Positions 25,611 to 37,943 of a stretch of 64,000 nucleotides of DNA are shown in pieces; within the stretch, counting starts at the first letter, position 1; each line of letters opens with the position of its first letter. Where the stretch lies: positions 415,276,001-415,340,000 of the forward strand of contig OZ024740.1 of assembly GCA_964016885.1 (NCBI GenBank), in the 5' to 3' direction. The notes below the pieces were generated by a model, which did no database searches, was not told the origin of the DNA, and worked only from the letters and a program-made list of their open reading frames with translations. The DNA is from Eledone cirrhosa (Eukaryota). A program made the position numbers and the translations under genes.

Positions 25611-26419
25611 TGAGCATGACAGTGGCTTTGATATCCAATTGGAGCAACATACCATATATACTCGGATATAAGCGAAGTAATATGTGAGCAAAAAATCGAT
25701 GCAAAAATAGGGGGTCGGCTTACATTTGAATATATAATTAAATTATTAATTAGTTAATTTAATAATCATTAAATTAGCTAATACCATTTTATATGACAAA
25801 CTCCCACTTCTTATCTAATACAAATCTGAAATATCATATCTATGTAAGTTTCTTGTTGTTCTTCTTCGCCCACTTATTCCTGAGAGGGTTGTTGGGTCAG
25901 AGTCCTCAAACACTCCTTCCAATGGATACTGTCAGAAGCAACCATTCCCAACTGATCCAGCGGGATCCTCAAATGAGACCAGCCAAACTCATGGATGTTA
26001 GCCAACCATCTTGCTCGGGGTCAACCCCTGGGTCACCTGCCAGTTGGTTTTGCCAAATCTATCCAGCGATTCTTTCCTGAGACATTCTAACCACATGCCC
26101 ATAGTACCGAAGATGTGAACTCTCAATTTGGAGAAGTAGTGGCTCTGCCACTTATAAACATTTCAACTTATAAACATTTCAAGACTTCATACTCCATAAA
26201 TAAAACTACATTTTTAGTAATATGACTTATATAAAAATATATCGCTTAGTCATATATTTTTTAGTATATGCAATTCTTGATTAAGAGTCATATGCTTTTT
26301 GATTAATGATAATAATACACCTAGCATTCACACACCTCTTAATTAACAAATATCTAGGTTATATGAAACAACCAGACAGATATAAACAATCATTGATAAA
26401 GAATTATATATGTCATGTT

Positions 26420-26492
<73 letters not shown>

Positions 26493-26593
26493 GTAAAGAA
26501 GAAAAAAACAGTAGAAAATGCTGAAGGGATTTTCTCTCAGAATAACATCAAAACATTTATTTACAAAATAAGAATTTCCGCATTATTTGTATC

Positions 26594-26785
26594 GGCCGTG
26601 GATTGGCAGTATTGGTAGAGGGTTGGACGCCATGCTTTGCAGCATAGAGTTACGGCCCTTTAAGGTCTGAGTTCAAATCCCGCCGAGGTTAACTTTGCCT
26701 TTCATCCTGACGGGGTCGATAAAATAAAGTACCAGTAATGCAATGGGATAATTACTGGCCTTGTGCCAAAAGTAGAAACAATTAT
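26594..26785 (+). mobile_element. SINE family A copy with TSD
   Basis: Flanked by attatttgtatc / attatctgtacc. Confidence 0.85.
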
Positions 26786-26902
26786 CTGTACCAGTTTCAG
26801 CTTGTAGGCTTCTTCATACGACGGAAATGTATAATACAATTAAATTGCATATTTATAAGAACAATAAGAATATGGGGAAAAAATGTTTTTACATACATAT
26901 AT

Positions 26903-29256
26903 CAAGTGGCCAGGAGGGAAGCTAGGCGACAAGTGTACTTCGCAAGAAGGGAAGCAGAGGAAAGAAAGTTCAAGCATGTTCTACAACGTGAGGACCAAAA
27001 ACGTGAGGTGTTCAGGATTGCTAGGCAATGTGTCAAGGAAAACAGTGATATTGTCGGGGAGAAGTGTGTACTTAACGATGATGGCATACTTGCCATCACC
27101 GACGCCGATAAGAAGGTAGCTTGGAAGTGTCACTATGAAAGGCTACTAAATGAGGAGAATAAATGGGAGAAAGACAGTCTCCCCCACATCGACCCAATAG
27201 AGGGACCAGCAGTGTTAGTCGAGGGTAGTATAATAAGTAAGGCAATCAAAGATATGAAGACAGACAAGGCGGCTGGGCCTTCGGAAATAGTTGCCGAGAT
27301 GCTGAAGGCATCTGGTACGGTGGGACACACCATGGTCACCCAGATAGTCAACCAAGTCATACAGAATGGGGTTGTTCCGAAGGACTGGCGTAGCAGCATT
27401 ATCGTTAACTGTTATAAGGGTAAAGGAGATGCCCTAGATAGGAGTAACTATAGAGGCATTAAATTAATCGACCAGGTCATGAAGGTCACGGAAAAAGTAA
27501 TAGCGCAACTAATCAGAGAGCGAATTGATCTAGATGAAATGCAGTTCGGGTTTGTGTCAGGAAAAAGTACCACAGACGCTCTTTTCATTGTACGACAACT
27601 ACAGGAGAAGTACCTAGCTAAAAGTAAACCCCTATACTTAGCTTTCGTCGACTTGGAGAAGGCCTTCAACAGAGTCCCCCATTCCATTATCTGGTGGGCT
27701 CTTAGAAAACTAGGTGTTGATGAATGGCTTGTGAGAGCTATACAAGCCATGTATAAAGAAACAGTCAGCAAGGTTAGAATTAACAACGAATATAGTGAAG
27801 AGTTTAGTGTAAAAGTTGGTGTTCATCAGGGCTCTGTTCTTAGCCCCCTACTATTTATTATTGCCCTCCAGGCTATAACAGTGGAGTTCAAGACCGGCTG
27901 CCCATGGGAACTCCTATACGCAGATGATCTAATGCTCATAGCTGAATCAATAGAAATTCCAAACATGGAAGCACGGCCTAGAATCAAAAGGCCTTAAAAT
28001 TAACCTGGCTAAGACTAAAGTTCTAGTTTGTAAGAAAGAAAATAAGGCGGCGGTCCCCTCCGGGAAGTGGCCATGCGCAGAGTGTAGGAAAGGCGTAGGT
28101 AGAAATTCCATTTTGTGTCCCAAATGCAAAGTTTGGGTGCATAAAAGATGTAGTGGGATCACAGGTAAGCTAACTAAGAACATAGATTTTACATGTGGCC
28201 GGTGTTCTGGGGCAATAAGTATCAGCAAGTGCCCATAAAATACTAGCTCTTTCAACTGCGCAGAGGGTTCTATAGAAATAGTGGACAGCTTCCGTTACCT
28301 GGGTGACAAAATCAGCAGTGGGGGAGGGTGCTCTGAAAGTACAGTAGCTAGAGTCAGAACTGGGTGGAAAAAGTTCAGAGAGCTTATACCACTATTAGCC
28401 GCTAAAGGGTTCTCCCTAAAAATGAAAGGCAGGCTGTACGATGCCTGCATACGAACAGCAATGTTGCATGGCAGTGAGACCTGGGCATTGTGTGCAGAGG
28501 ATATACGCAGACTAGAGAGAAACAAAGCTTGCATGCTCCGCTGGATGTGTAATAGTAATATACGTGAACGACAAAGCATAAACGAACTAAGGAAAAAATT
28601 AGAAATAAGAGGGATCAGATGTTGTTTACTAGAGAGAAGGCTACATTGGTATGGTCACGTGATGCGCATGAAGGACGATAGCTGTATAACAAAGTGCAGG
28701 GCAATAAAGATAGACGGTAGCCACGGAATAGGCAGACCCAGAAAAACCTGGGACGAGCTGATAAACTCCGACCTCACACACTTACACCTCACCAAGACAA
28801 TGTCACTGGACCGAGACCTTTGGCGGTACTCAGTAATAGAGAAGACCCGCCTTACCTAAATACAAAGTAAAACCTACTACAGTCAGTAGGCATCTCTAAC
28901 AAAATACACCCCCGTCCCACCACCCCCACCCCATCCACACCACCCCCTTCTATGTAAAGTTATGTTGGTGCCACACCATCCAGGCCGAAACAAATGAGAT
29001 CGTGTAGGTGTCACGACAAAAAAACACACAGTCCACGCTGTAATGTGGCCGTGTAGGCAACACGGTAAAAACCTCCCAGTCCCACACTGTAAATGTGGTT
29101 GGTGTTAGGAAGGGCATCCAACTGTAGAAAACCTGCCAGACAGTCCTATGCGAGCAAGACAATCACTCTTGCCTCAAGTGGGAAAACCCCCGTCCAAACC
29201 CATGCAAGCGTGGAACACGGACGTTAAACGTTGATGATGATGATGATGATGATGAT
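26903..29256 (+). mobile_element. RTE-clade LINE, 5'-truncated, RT frameshifted near 27955
   Basis: KGKGDALDRSNYRGIKL, QFGF, FVDLEKAF, GVHQGSVLSPLLF, LLYADD, FRYLG, LHWYGHVMR, GRPRKTW; 3' UTR ends in (GAT)n. Confidence 0.9.
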
Positions 29257-29926
29257 ATATAGAGAGAAAAGTTCACACTTTTGTCTGTAGTTTTCTTCTT
29301 TCTCTTAGTGTTGACTGCCACTATTAATGGTAACACGGCTAAGGTCAACACTCAGAGAAAAAGAAAGAAAACTACAGACAAAAATGTGAACTTTTCTCTA
29401 TATATATATATATATGTAAAAACATTTTTTCGCCATATTTTTATTGTTCTTATTAATATACAATCTAATTGTATTATACACTTCTGTCATATGAAGAAGC
29501 CTACAAGCTGAAACTGGTACAAATAATGTGGAAATTCCTATTTTGTAAATAAATATTTTGATGTTATTCTGAGAGAAAATCCCTTTAGCATTTTCTACTG
29601 TTTTTTTCTTTTTTTACTATTTTATATATATCAACACGTATGTCACTTCTCAACATTCTCTCTCTCTCATATATATATATTTATATATATTATATATTGA
29701 AATTAAGTGAGAAAAAACTCTATTTATGGAAGTGCAAACAAGATAGACAAAAGGGGTGGGGGAGAGACGGAACAGAGGTGTGAATGATGAGGAGGGGGGA
29801 GAAGAAGAAGAAGAAGAAGAAGAAGAAGAAGAAGAAGAAGAAGAAGAAGATACACACTTAGAAGGCTAATTTAACAGAAAATAATATATTTTATGATAAT
29901 GCTAAAGAATGGGTCATTCTGCTCAC

Positions 29927-30048
29927 CTGATGAATGCCAATATAACAAGGAATATGATACTAAGCAGCCAACCGGCGCCATGGAAAGACTTGGGCATTGC
30001 TAATGCTCCAGTACCAACAATCAAGTTAAAGATGTAGATTAATCCCAA
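29927..30048 (-). CDS. TMEM104: TMEM104 coding exon 2, LGLIYIFNLIVGTGALAMPKSFHGAGWLLSIIFLVILAFI(S)
   Basis: tatttcag acceptor and AG|gtgag donor; 122 nt, phase 0 to phase 2; FNLIVGTGAL.MPK.F..AGW is the recognisable first transmembrane motif of TMEM104. Confidence 0.93.
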
Positions 30049-30167
30049 CTGAAATATAGAAATAGAGAGAATGAAACATGAACAGATACTGTAAATCAAA
30101 AGTCAGGATTTGAACTAAACTATATTTAACTCTGGACATTTATTCTTTTGGTTTGTTATAAATTGTT

Positions 30168-31050
30168 CAATCCACACTGTAAAGTGGTTGTGTTGGTGTC
30201 ATAACAAAAAGTCCACACTGGAAAGTGGTCATGATGGTGTCATGACAAAACGTACCCAATCTACACTGTAAAGTGGTCATGTTAATGACATGACAAAAAG
30301 TACCCAGTCCACACTGTAAAGTGGTCGTGTTAATGACATGACAAAAAGTACCCAGTCCACACTGTAAAGTGGTTGTCTTGGTGTCATGACAAAAAGTACC
30401 CAGTCCACACTGTAAAGTGGTCGTGTTGGTTTCATGACAAAAAGTTCTGTCTACACTGTAAAGAGGTCGTGTTGGTGACATGACAAAAAGTACCCAGTCT
30501 ACACTGTAAAGTGGTCGTGTTGGTGAGATGACAAAAAGTACGAAGTCTACACTATAAAGTGGTTGTGTTGGTGACATGACAAAATATACCCAGTCTACAC
30601 TGTAAAGTGGTCATGTTGGTGGCATGACAAAAAGTACCCAGTTCACACTGTAAAGTGGTTGTGTTAGTGACATGACAAAAGTACCCAGTCCACACTGTAA
30701 AGTGGTCATGTTGGTGACACAACAAAAAGCACCCAGTCTACACTGTAAAGTGGTCGTGTTGGTGTCATGATAAAAGTACCTAGTCTATTCTGTAAAGTGG
30801 TCATGTTGGTGGCATGACAAAAAGCACCCAGTCCACACTTAAAGTAGTCATGTTGGTGGCATGACAAAAAGTATCCAGTTCTCAATGTAAAGTGGTTGGC
30901 ATTAGGAAGGACATCCAGTTGTTGAATCCAAGCCAGAAACAGTTCTGTATGGGCAAGAAATGGTTATCTGATCTAGCTTGTCTCACAACAGGACTTGTCT
31001 AACCCATGCTAGTGTGGAAAAAGGGATGTTAAATGATGACGATGTCGATG
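30168..31050 (+). repeat. 48-bp minisatellite (about 15 copies) expanded inside an RTE-3'-derived repeat
   Basis: Unit cagtccacactgtaaagtggtcgtgttggtgtcatgacaaaaagtacc, followed by the RTE-type 3' end and GAT tail. Confidence 0.85.
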
Positions 31051-31346
31051 ATCGGTATGAAAAATAAGGCATCAATGTGTGTAGTGAAAAAAATCCATTC
31101 TTACAATTATTATCATAGTCACCTGTATTGATTCAACCAAAAAGGTATTCCAGCAATTAGTAAAGGGCATGGGAGGGTGCAAGAGAGGGATTTATGAATC
31201 TTAGCTCTTTAGTATTTAAACCAGCCATGTCCGGCAAGAATTCTCTCACCTTTTTCTGTACAAACTGGCCGCTCATACTGATGTTAAGGTATTGTTCTCA
31301 AAATAAATAATAACAAAATCTCATAGATTCGATATTATGTGAGATA

Positions 31347-32315
31347 ATTTTTTTTTTTTTTAAAAACACTTTAGTCTTTATTGTGTTGTATCAGATGAAA
31401 GAATGGTATTTAACTAATGTATTGGTACGCGATGGGGCCTACCCACAGCCCCGGTGGACAGAATGGAGAAGGCGTTTCCCCAGAGGACGGCAAGGAAGAC
31501 GCGCTGGAAAAGCTACTCCAACTCGCGGGTTTCACACCTGCGGCTGGCCAGCTCAGCGCCTATGGTGGTGAGTAAAGAGGTAGCCCTGGGGCCGAGGACA
31601 CCAGAAGTCTCCACTGCCTGGGGAACGACGCAAACCTGTTGGAGAGCAACCGGTATTTGAGGAGTTTGGCCCCCTCAGCCCGACGTGCAGCAGAACCTGG
31701 GTCAGTTGCAGACTGCACCAGGTTGCGGCTGCAGAAAGTGTCGGTGCAAGTGGCATCCCAGACGAGGGGTTTGGCCACCGAGGAACGGGAAGATGATCAT
31801 GCCATCTGGCCTTTTGCCGTCCCCTCGATCCAGCCCCACTGGCTCGCGCTGGGAAGGGAAGCCTGCAGCATCCAAGCCATGCTTAATGACCTTGTTGAGG
31901 GCAGCATGGCGTGGAATGCGGCCGGCACTGTGGCGACAGAAAAGCGGGTGGAGGCCGAAAGAGTCCACGGTGGAACCGTAGCGACATTGGTGTGGCTGGC
32001 AGATCCGGAGGCCGAGCCTCAGGGAAACGCCGATTCGCAGGCTATGGTTGTCTAGCTGTGTGCCAGTGGAGAAGGAGGGCAGGGCATGGAGCCAGGCACC
32101 ACTGTAGGTTTATAGGCCGCACGAAAACAAGCAAGGCGGTGCTGGTCGTGCTGGCGCGTGAGCCTGTCTGAGACCAGGCTGCACTGGATGGCATCCCAAG
32201 TGCGTTGAGGGGACTTGACGTCAACAGAGGGAGAAGGAGGAGGGACGTCTACTGGGCTAAGTACCAGCCGGTCCCACGTCTCACAGGCGGCCTCACGTTC
32301 TCTGAACACAGAGGG
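31347..32315 (-). mobile_element. CRE-clade non-LTR retrotransposon 3' fragment with poly(A), inserted in a piggyBac-like MITE
   Basis: GC-rich; RHAALNKVI...REPVGLDRGDGKRPDG...LVWDATCTDT...KLLKY (restriction-like endonuclease). Flanks 31201-31346 and 32316-32385 rejoin to match the MITE at 34239-34456. Confidence 0.8.
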
Positions 32316-32899
32316 TTCTGTAAGATAAAGGCTTTACCGTGAAAATATAATTGTAAATATAGAGTTATGTAAATGGTAATGGGTTTTTATTTTTGATATA
32401 TGATATTTTGATCTCAACATTTCACTTGTAATAGTATAATATAGCTTCAGACACAGTAACTCCAGTATAAACACAGGCAGGCATACAGATGAGGGTCAGT
32501 GGAAAAGTTCATAGGCTGATTATTTTGGAGTGATGCTAGAGCTGTGAAATCGTGCATGCATTAATTTCAACTCTTCTTATTAATAACTGCATTGTTTCTT
32601 TCCAGGACTATGTTGAAAAATAAACCTCATTTGGTCATTTCATGAGAGTATCTTGGTCAGCCTATAAAGGATAGAGCTGTGAAATCTTGTATGTATTAAT
32701 TTCAACTCTTCTTATTAATAACAGCATTGTTTCTTTCTTGGGACCGTGCTGAGACTGTGGAGACAACAGGAGTACTCAATACATGGGAAAGAGCAGAGGA
32801 GTAGAGTGGGTAGAGAGTAAGGTTTAAACCCGACTATTTAAAGTTGTTTGGGCTTGTGTTCAGCCAGCCTTTTCAAGACTATATATAAATTTAAATAAT

Positions 32900-33337
32900 T
32901 CATCATCATCATCATTTTACGTCCGCTTTTCCCTGCTTGCAAGGGTGGGACAGGTTCTTTTCAGCACAGCATCTCTCCATTTGTCACGGTCCTTCATCAT
33001 CTCCTCTGTGAGCTTCAGCGATCTGAGGTCTGCTCTCACCACCTCCGCCCATGTTTTTCGTAGTCTTCCTTTACTGCGTCTTCCTTCCACTGGGATTTTT
33101 TGGCACTTCTTACTCAGCGGTCATCCTCCATACACATCACATGTCCATACCATCTCAGTCTTCTCTCCCACACACTACAGTTTATCCCTCTTATACACAG
33201 TTTCTCTCTAAACTCATCTATGCTTGGTCGTTCACGCACATTTACATTGCACATCCATCGGAGCATGCTTGCTTCATTTCTCTCCAGCCATCGCATATCC
33301 TACGCAATTGCTGCCCGTTTCTCACTACCATGCAGCA
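32900..33337 (-). mobile_element. RTE LINE 3' fragment
   Basis: LERNEASMLRWMC...RRLRWYGHV; (GAT)n tail. Confidence 0.8.
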
Positions 33338-33717
33338 TATATATATATAGTAGTTAAAAATTGGTGTAAAGTTCCATACAATTCAAAGATTATGGGGAGA
33401 AATAAAGTGTATTTAAAAGTTCTTTTCTTTTTTTAATAAGACAAAACAAATATTTCTATATTTGGTACATGAATTAGAATTAAGGGGGAGGGGGTGTAGA
33501 GGTAAAAAGTTCAAATTCCAGTGTTTAGGAATCCATTGAATGGTAGAAGTTTACCAATTTCCCATCAATTGAACAATGGAAACTTCTAGTTGTTAGTTCT
33601 AGTTGATGGTGCTATCTCCCAACACATACTGATACACTCTTTAAACCTATGGTGGGTGTGAGTGTGTGTGTGGTTGTGTTGGGTAGAAGTAGAGCTACTA
33701 ACAGTTACAAGGGCAAT

Positions 33718-34170
33718 AATGGTTTCTCATTTAGGTACAAGGTCAACAATTTTGGGAGAGGAGAAAGTCCATTAAATTGACCCCAGTGTATTATTGGTAT
33801 TTTGATTTATCGACCCCCGTAAGGACAAAAGGCTAAGCTAACCTCGGCAGGATTTGAACTCAGAACATAAAGGACTGTAACTATATGTCACAAAGCATGT
33901 TGTCCGACACTCTACCACCCTTACAAAGATGGTTTCTTATTTAACCATTTCAATGATGGTTTCTTATTTAGGCACAAGGCCAGCAATTTTGGGGAGGGGG
34001 AAGTTGATTAACTTGACCCCAATACATTACTGGTACTTCATTTTATCGCCTCGGTAAGGATGAAAGGCAAAGTTAACCTCAGCGGGATTTGAACTCAGAT
34101 CATAAAGGGCCGTAACTCTATGCAGCAAAGCATAGCATCCGAACCTCTACCGATATTGCCAATCCACCGC
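33718..34170 (-). mobile_element. Two tandem SINE family A copies
   Basis: Reverse complement of head and core, twice. Confidence 0.8.
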
Positions 34171-34238
34171 CCTTACAAAGACAATAATAAAAAGAAAAAG
34201 AAAAGGAATAAGCTAAATATGTTAAATGAAGATTTTAA

Positions 34239-34456
34239 CCCTTTAGTATTTAAACTGGCCATGTCCGGCCAGAATTCTCTCACCGCTTTCTGTTCAAACT
34301 GGCTGTAACCAGCTGCTCATACTGATGTTAAGGTATTGTTCTCAAAATAAATAATATCAAAATCTCATAGATCCGATATTATGTGAGGTAATTCTGTAAG
34401 ATAAACCTTTATCACAAAAATATAATAGTATATATAGTAATGTAAATGCTAAAGGT
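34239..34456. mobile_element. piggyBac-like MITE
   Basis: TTAA TSD at 34235-34238 and 34457-34460; TIRs ccctttagtattta / taaatgctaaaggt; related copies at about 19775-19870 and 31201-32385. Confidence 0.65.
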
Positions 34457-34845
34457 TTAAGGGATCATGTAGTGTGTGTGTTTGTGTGTGGCTGGTGGTG
34501 TTTACAAATGGGTTGATTCAACTGAGTAAAAGATGCTTCTAGTATTTATTCTGGTAAAATATCTGAAGCCCACCAAATAATTTTGAGAGTAAATGGGTTG
34601 TGTATGCTGTGTGTACTGGTATGAGTGTGCATGTGTACGTGTGTGGTATATTAGTTCAGCTCTCTCTCTACACACATACATTTGTATATATATATGTGTA
34701 TGTATATATATATATATATACAAAAGGTAAACAGAGAGATTCAAAACAATTAAAATATATATAATATAATAAGGAAGGTGTGGTAAGATACCGGGTGGAC
34801 CATAACCCACCAGAGTACTCAATATTTAGGGTAGTAGAGTGGATA

Positions 34846-34965
34846 ATAGGAAAAGAGTCAGGGCTCCGACGGCTGAACTCCAGCCGTTTCGACAGCTAGA
34901 TCCAAACAGTCCGGATCTAGCTGTCGAAACGGCTGGAGTTCAGCCGTCGGAGCCCTGACTCTTTT

Positions 34966-34970
<5 letters not shown>
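34846..34970. repeat. Perfect GC-rich palindrome with 58-bp arms and a 9-nt loop
   Basis: 34846-34903 is the reverse complement of 34913-34970; followed by (TA)n. Confidence 0.9.
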
Positions 34971-35012
<42 letters not shown>

Positions 35013-37674
35013 TAGTGTGGAAAATGGATGTTAAACAATATGTCAGGTCACTCTTCAGTGGTACAGGTAACATGTAACCCAGTGCAACCTGTGCATGGTC
35101 AGGTCATAAGCGACTAAACTGACAACCCATCAAGCTCACTTGGCGAGGAGGGTGATTTTGGACACCCTGTGGAATGAAAAACAAAACCTGTCAAAGGGCG
35201 AAGGAACTCAGCCATCCAATAAAGTATTTCTATTTTTGTGGAGTGAGACTCCTAGTCTTCGTTAAAACATCTCTCTAGGAGAAAGTCACTCTGATATAAA
35301 ACCTTGCTGACTGAGAAAAATATATTTTCATAATGAAACAAAAACATTATTTTTCTCTATTTTCCTCTATGAATATATCATAGAGTTGCCATATATCATA
35401 GAATGTCAGACTGTGCTGTTTCAATACTTGTTAATCTTTCATCAATGACACTCATTCTGAACACACTAGCATGAAATAGACTAGAGTCTGTATAGTATTT
35501 TGCATGATGATCACTTGCTGGAGATACTCATTTAGAGTTAATTGAATCAACTCCAATATATGACTGCTATTTTATCAACACAAGAAGAATGAAAGCAAGG
35601 TTGATAAGTTGATAATAGTAGAATATGAACTCAGTATGCAAAAGTATTATACTAAATACTGCAAATCCTTTGATCCAGTGGTTAAGCCAATTCAACTGTT
35701 CTTCTGCCACATATTATATTAGTTGTTCTGTTGTATCGGTGGTGAATTGTTAGAGTTGTTAGAACATCAGATAGAATGCTTTGTGGTATTTGTTCCAGAT
35801 CTCTGCTCTCTCAGTTCAAATCTGCCACGGTCAACTTTGCCTTTCATCCTTTCAAGGTCAATAAAAAAGCACCAGTCTAGTACTGGGGTGAATTCTTCCT
35901 CTATATCTCTTTCTCACTTTCTATCTTTCTCTGGAAGAAATCTGCTGTACTCCAGCCTGGAGAGGGATGGGCTCCGCCAGGCTTAAAATACCCAAGAAAC
36001 ACTGTATATCAATACGGTGCCTCTATGACTCTATCAGGAGTTATGGGACCATATCACACCACTGTTGTATTGGCTTCAGGAATACATAACAGTAATAGTA
36101 GAATCATTTCTTTAAAAGATGAAATCCTTAAAAATGAGATTTTCTGAAAAACTAAGTAATTATTTTAATATAAAAGTTAGGATATAGTTACAATTACCAA
36201 AAATTATTTTTCCTGGAAATTCTGCTAAAATTTGGAAAAAAAAACCTTTAGTGAAATTCTTAAATTTCCAATTGTGAATTCTGTATATTTCTTATCTTGT
36301 CATTGACAATGTTATTTTGAAATTGTAATGATTATTCATTGATCTTGTGATGTGTGTATGAGGTTGTACACACATAGATGCATCACACACACAAACATGT
36401 GCTCTCACACATACATACATGTATGTGTACCTTCTATTTAGAGTTAATCCATTTTGCTGTTTACATCTATAGTTCATTATGTATCACCATTTAATGCTCA
36501 CTTTCCCTCCTAGTAAAGATCAGACAGGTCTACATAGACCAAGCCAGTACTGAAGCGGGGTTACTGATTTTCCAGATAGACCAAGGATCTGTGTCTCACT
36601 TATGTATTGTCTCATGTTCTACTGAGTGCATAGGGGAGGTTGTCATGTCTTTGACATAACTGAGGGTCCTCCCAAACCTTTGTTTGGCAAGCTTTCTACA
36701 GCTGGATACATTTCCTATCACCAACCACTTTACAGTGTGTACTGGGTGCTTTTATTGTCCAGTCTGTCTAATGGAGTTTTCCAGACATCCTCGGCATGTT
36801 ATCACATAGATTAAGTTTTCAAAGTTGCAGTCACAGTTTTCTTTTATTCTGAAGGCTTGTACAGCTTTTAATTTGAAATCTGTTTCTTCAATTAGATATA
36901 AACGTTTTGCTCTTTCCCTTTTGCTTTAAAATTCTATTTTGATGTACAGATAAAAATGAATTATCTTCCTTCCTGTACCATAAGACATGAAGATGTCATT
37001 CACCTTTATTTTTTAGTTCTTCTTCTTCTTCAAAATCACTGTGGAGGAGATGTAGTTCTGGTTATTTCCTCTGCTGATGGATGGCTCAAACAATGCATGC
37101 AAAGACACAAGGTTTTCATTACAACTGGTCTTTATTGTTGCAGAGCTAAAATAATCCCCATCCCCCTCCTCATCATCATTTAATGCTTGTTTTTATAGCC
37201 AGTAAAGGTTGGATGGGTTACCACAGTATTCAAGCAGAGCTACTGACCTCTCAGATGTGAAAGGTCTGCATTTCGCTTATATATGTTTCTGCACTATACC
37301 AAATGTTCAGACAAGCTGGTAGCCTGCATCTCATATGATTCTATGCACTACTAAGTGCATTTTATCATGGCCTGAGCACCAGAAACATTGTTATGTCTTT
37401 GATTTAGCTGAAGAGTCCTCTTGGACCTTTGTTTGGCAAGTTTTCTACTGTTGGATGCCCTTCTTATCACCAACCCATTTTCAGAATGTGCTGGGTGTAT
37501 TTATGATGTAGATCACCAACATTAGAGTTGTTGTCATACCTTTGACACAACTAAAAAATACTTTGACTTTTTTTGGCAAGGTTTCTACAGCAGGGTGTCC
37601 TTCCTATTGTCAACCATTTTACAGAGAGTGCTGGGTGCATTTTTTGTGACAATAGCAATTGAGGTTGTTGGTCA

Positions 37675-37930
37675 TGTGGTTAGAAAAAGCTATCTCACTT
37701 ACCGCTTTTCACAGGCACCGCTAAATTCCACTGCAGGTTACTCCACTTCCACGTGCGTCCAACTGCTTAACACCGGGAGCTGCCCAAAACTCGCGTCCAC
37801 ACCGTGTGCTGGTCACCACTAGAGAGAGGCCCTCTGCTCGCCCTTCCGGTCGAGCATCCTTCCGGCCAAAAACCCCTTCCGGTCGAGCACTCCCCCACCT
37901 CCGGCCACCGCACGCCACACCATACCCACA
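37675..37930 (-). repeat. 3' LTR, 256 bp, TG...CA
   Basis: Direct repeat of 41603-41893. Confidence 0.92.
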
Positions 37931-37943
37931 CGCCCCCCTGATC

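Larger units (their letters stand above)
26490..29625. repeat. Old palindrome (about 270-bp arms, centre near 29330) interrupted by a SINE and an RTE
   Basis: 26490-26902 without its SINE is the reverse complement of about 29410-29625, and 29257-29316 pairs with 29345-29400; (TA)n at both ends. Confidence 0.75.

Noticed and set aside
26738-27997. 419-aa ORF as a novel gene
   Set aside because: Chimera of SINE tail, palindrome arm and truncated RTE reverse transcriptase.
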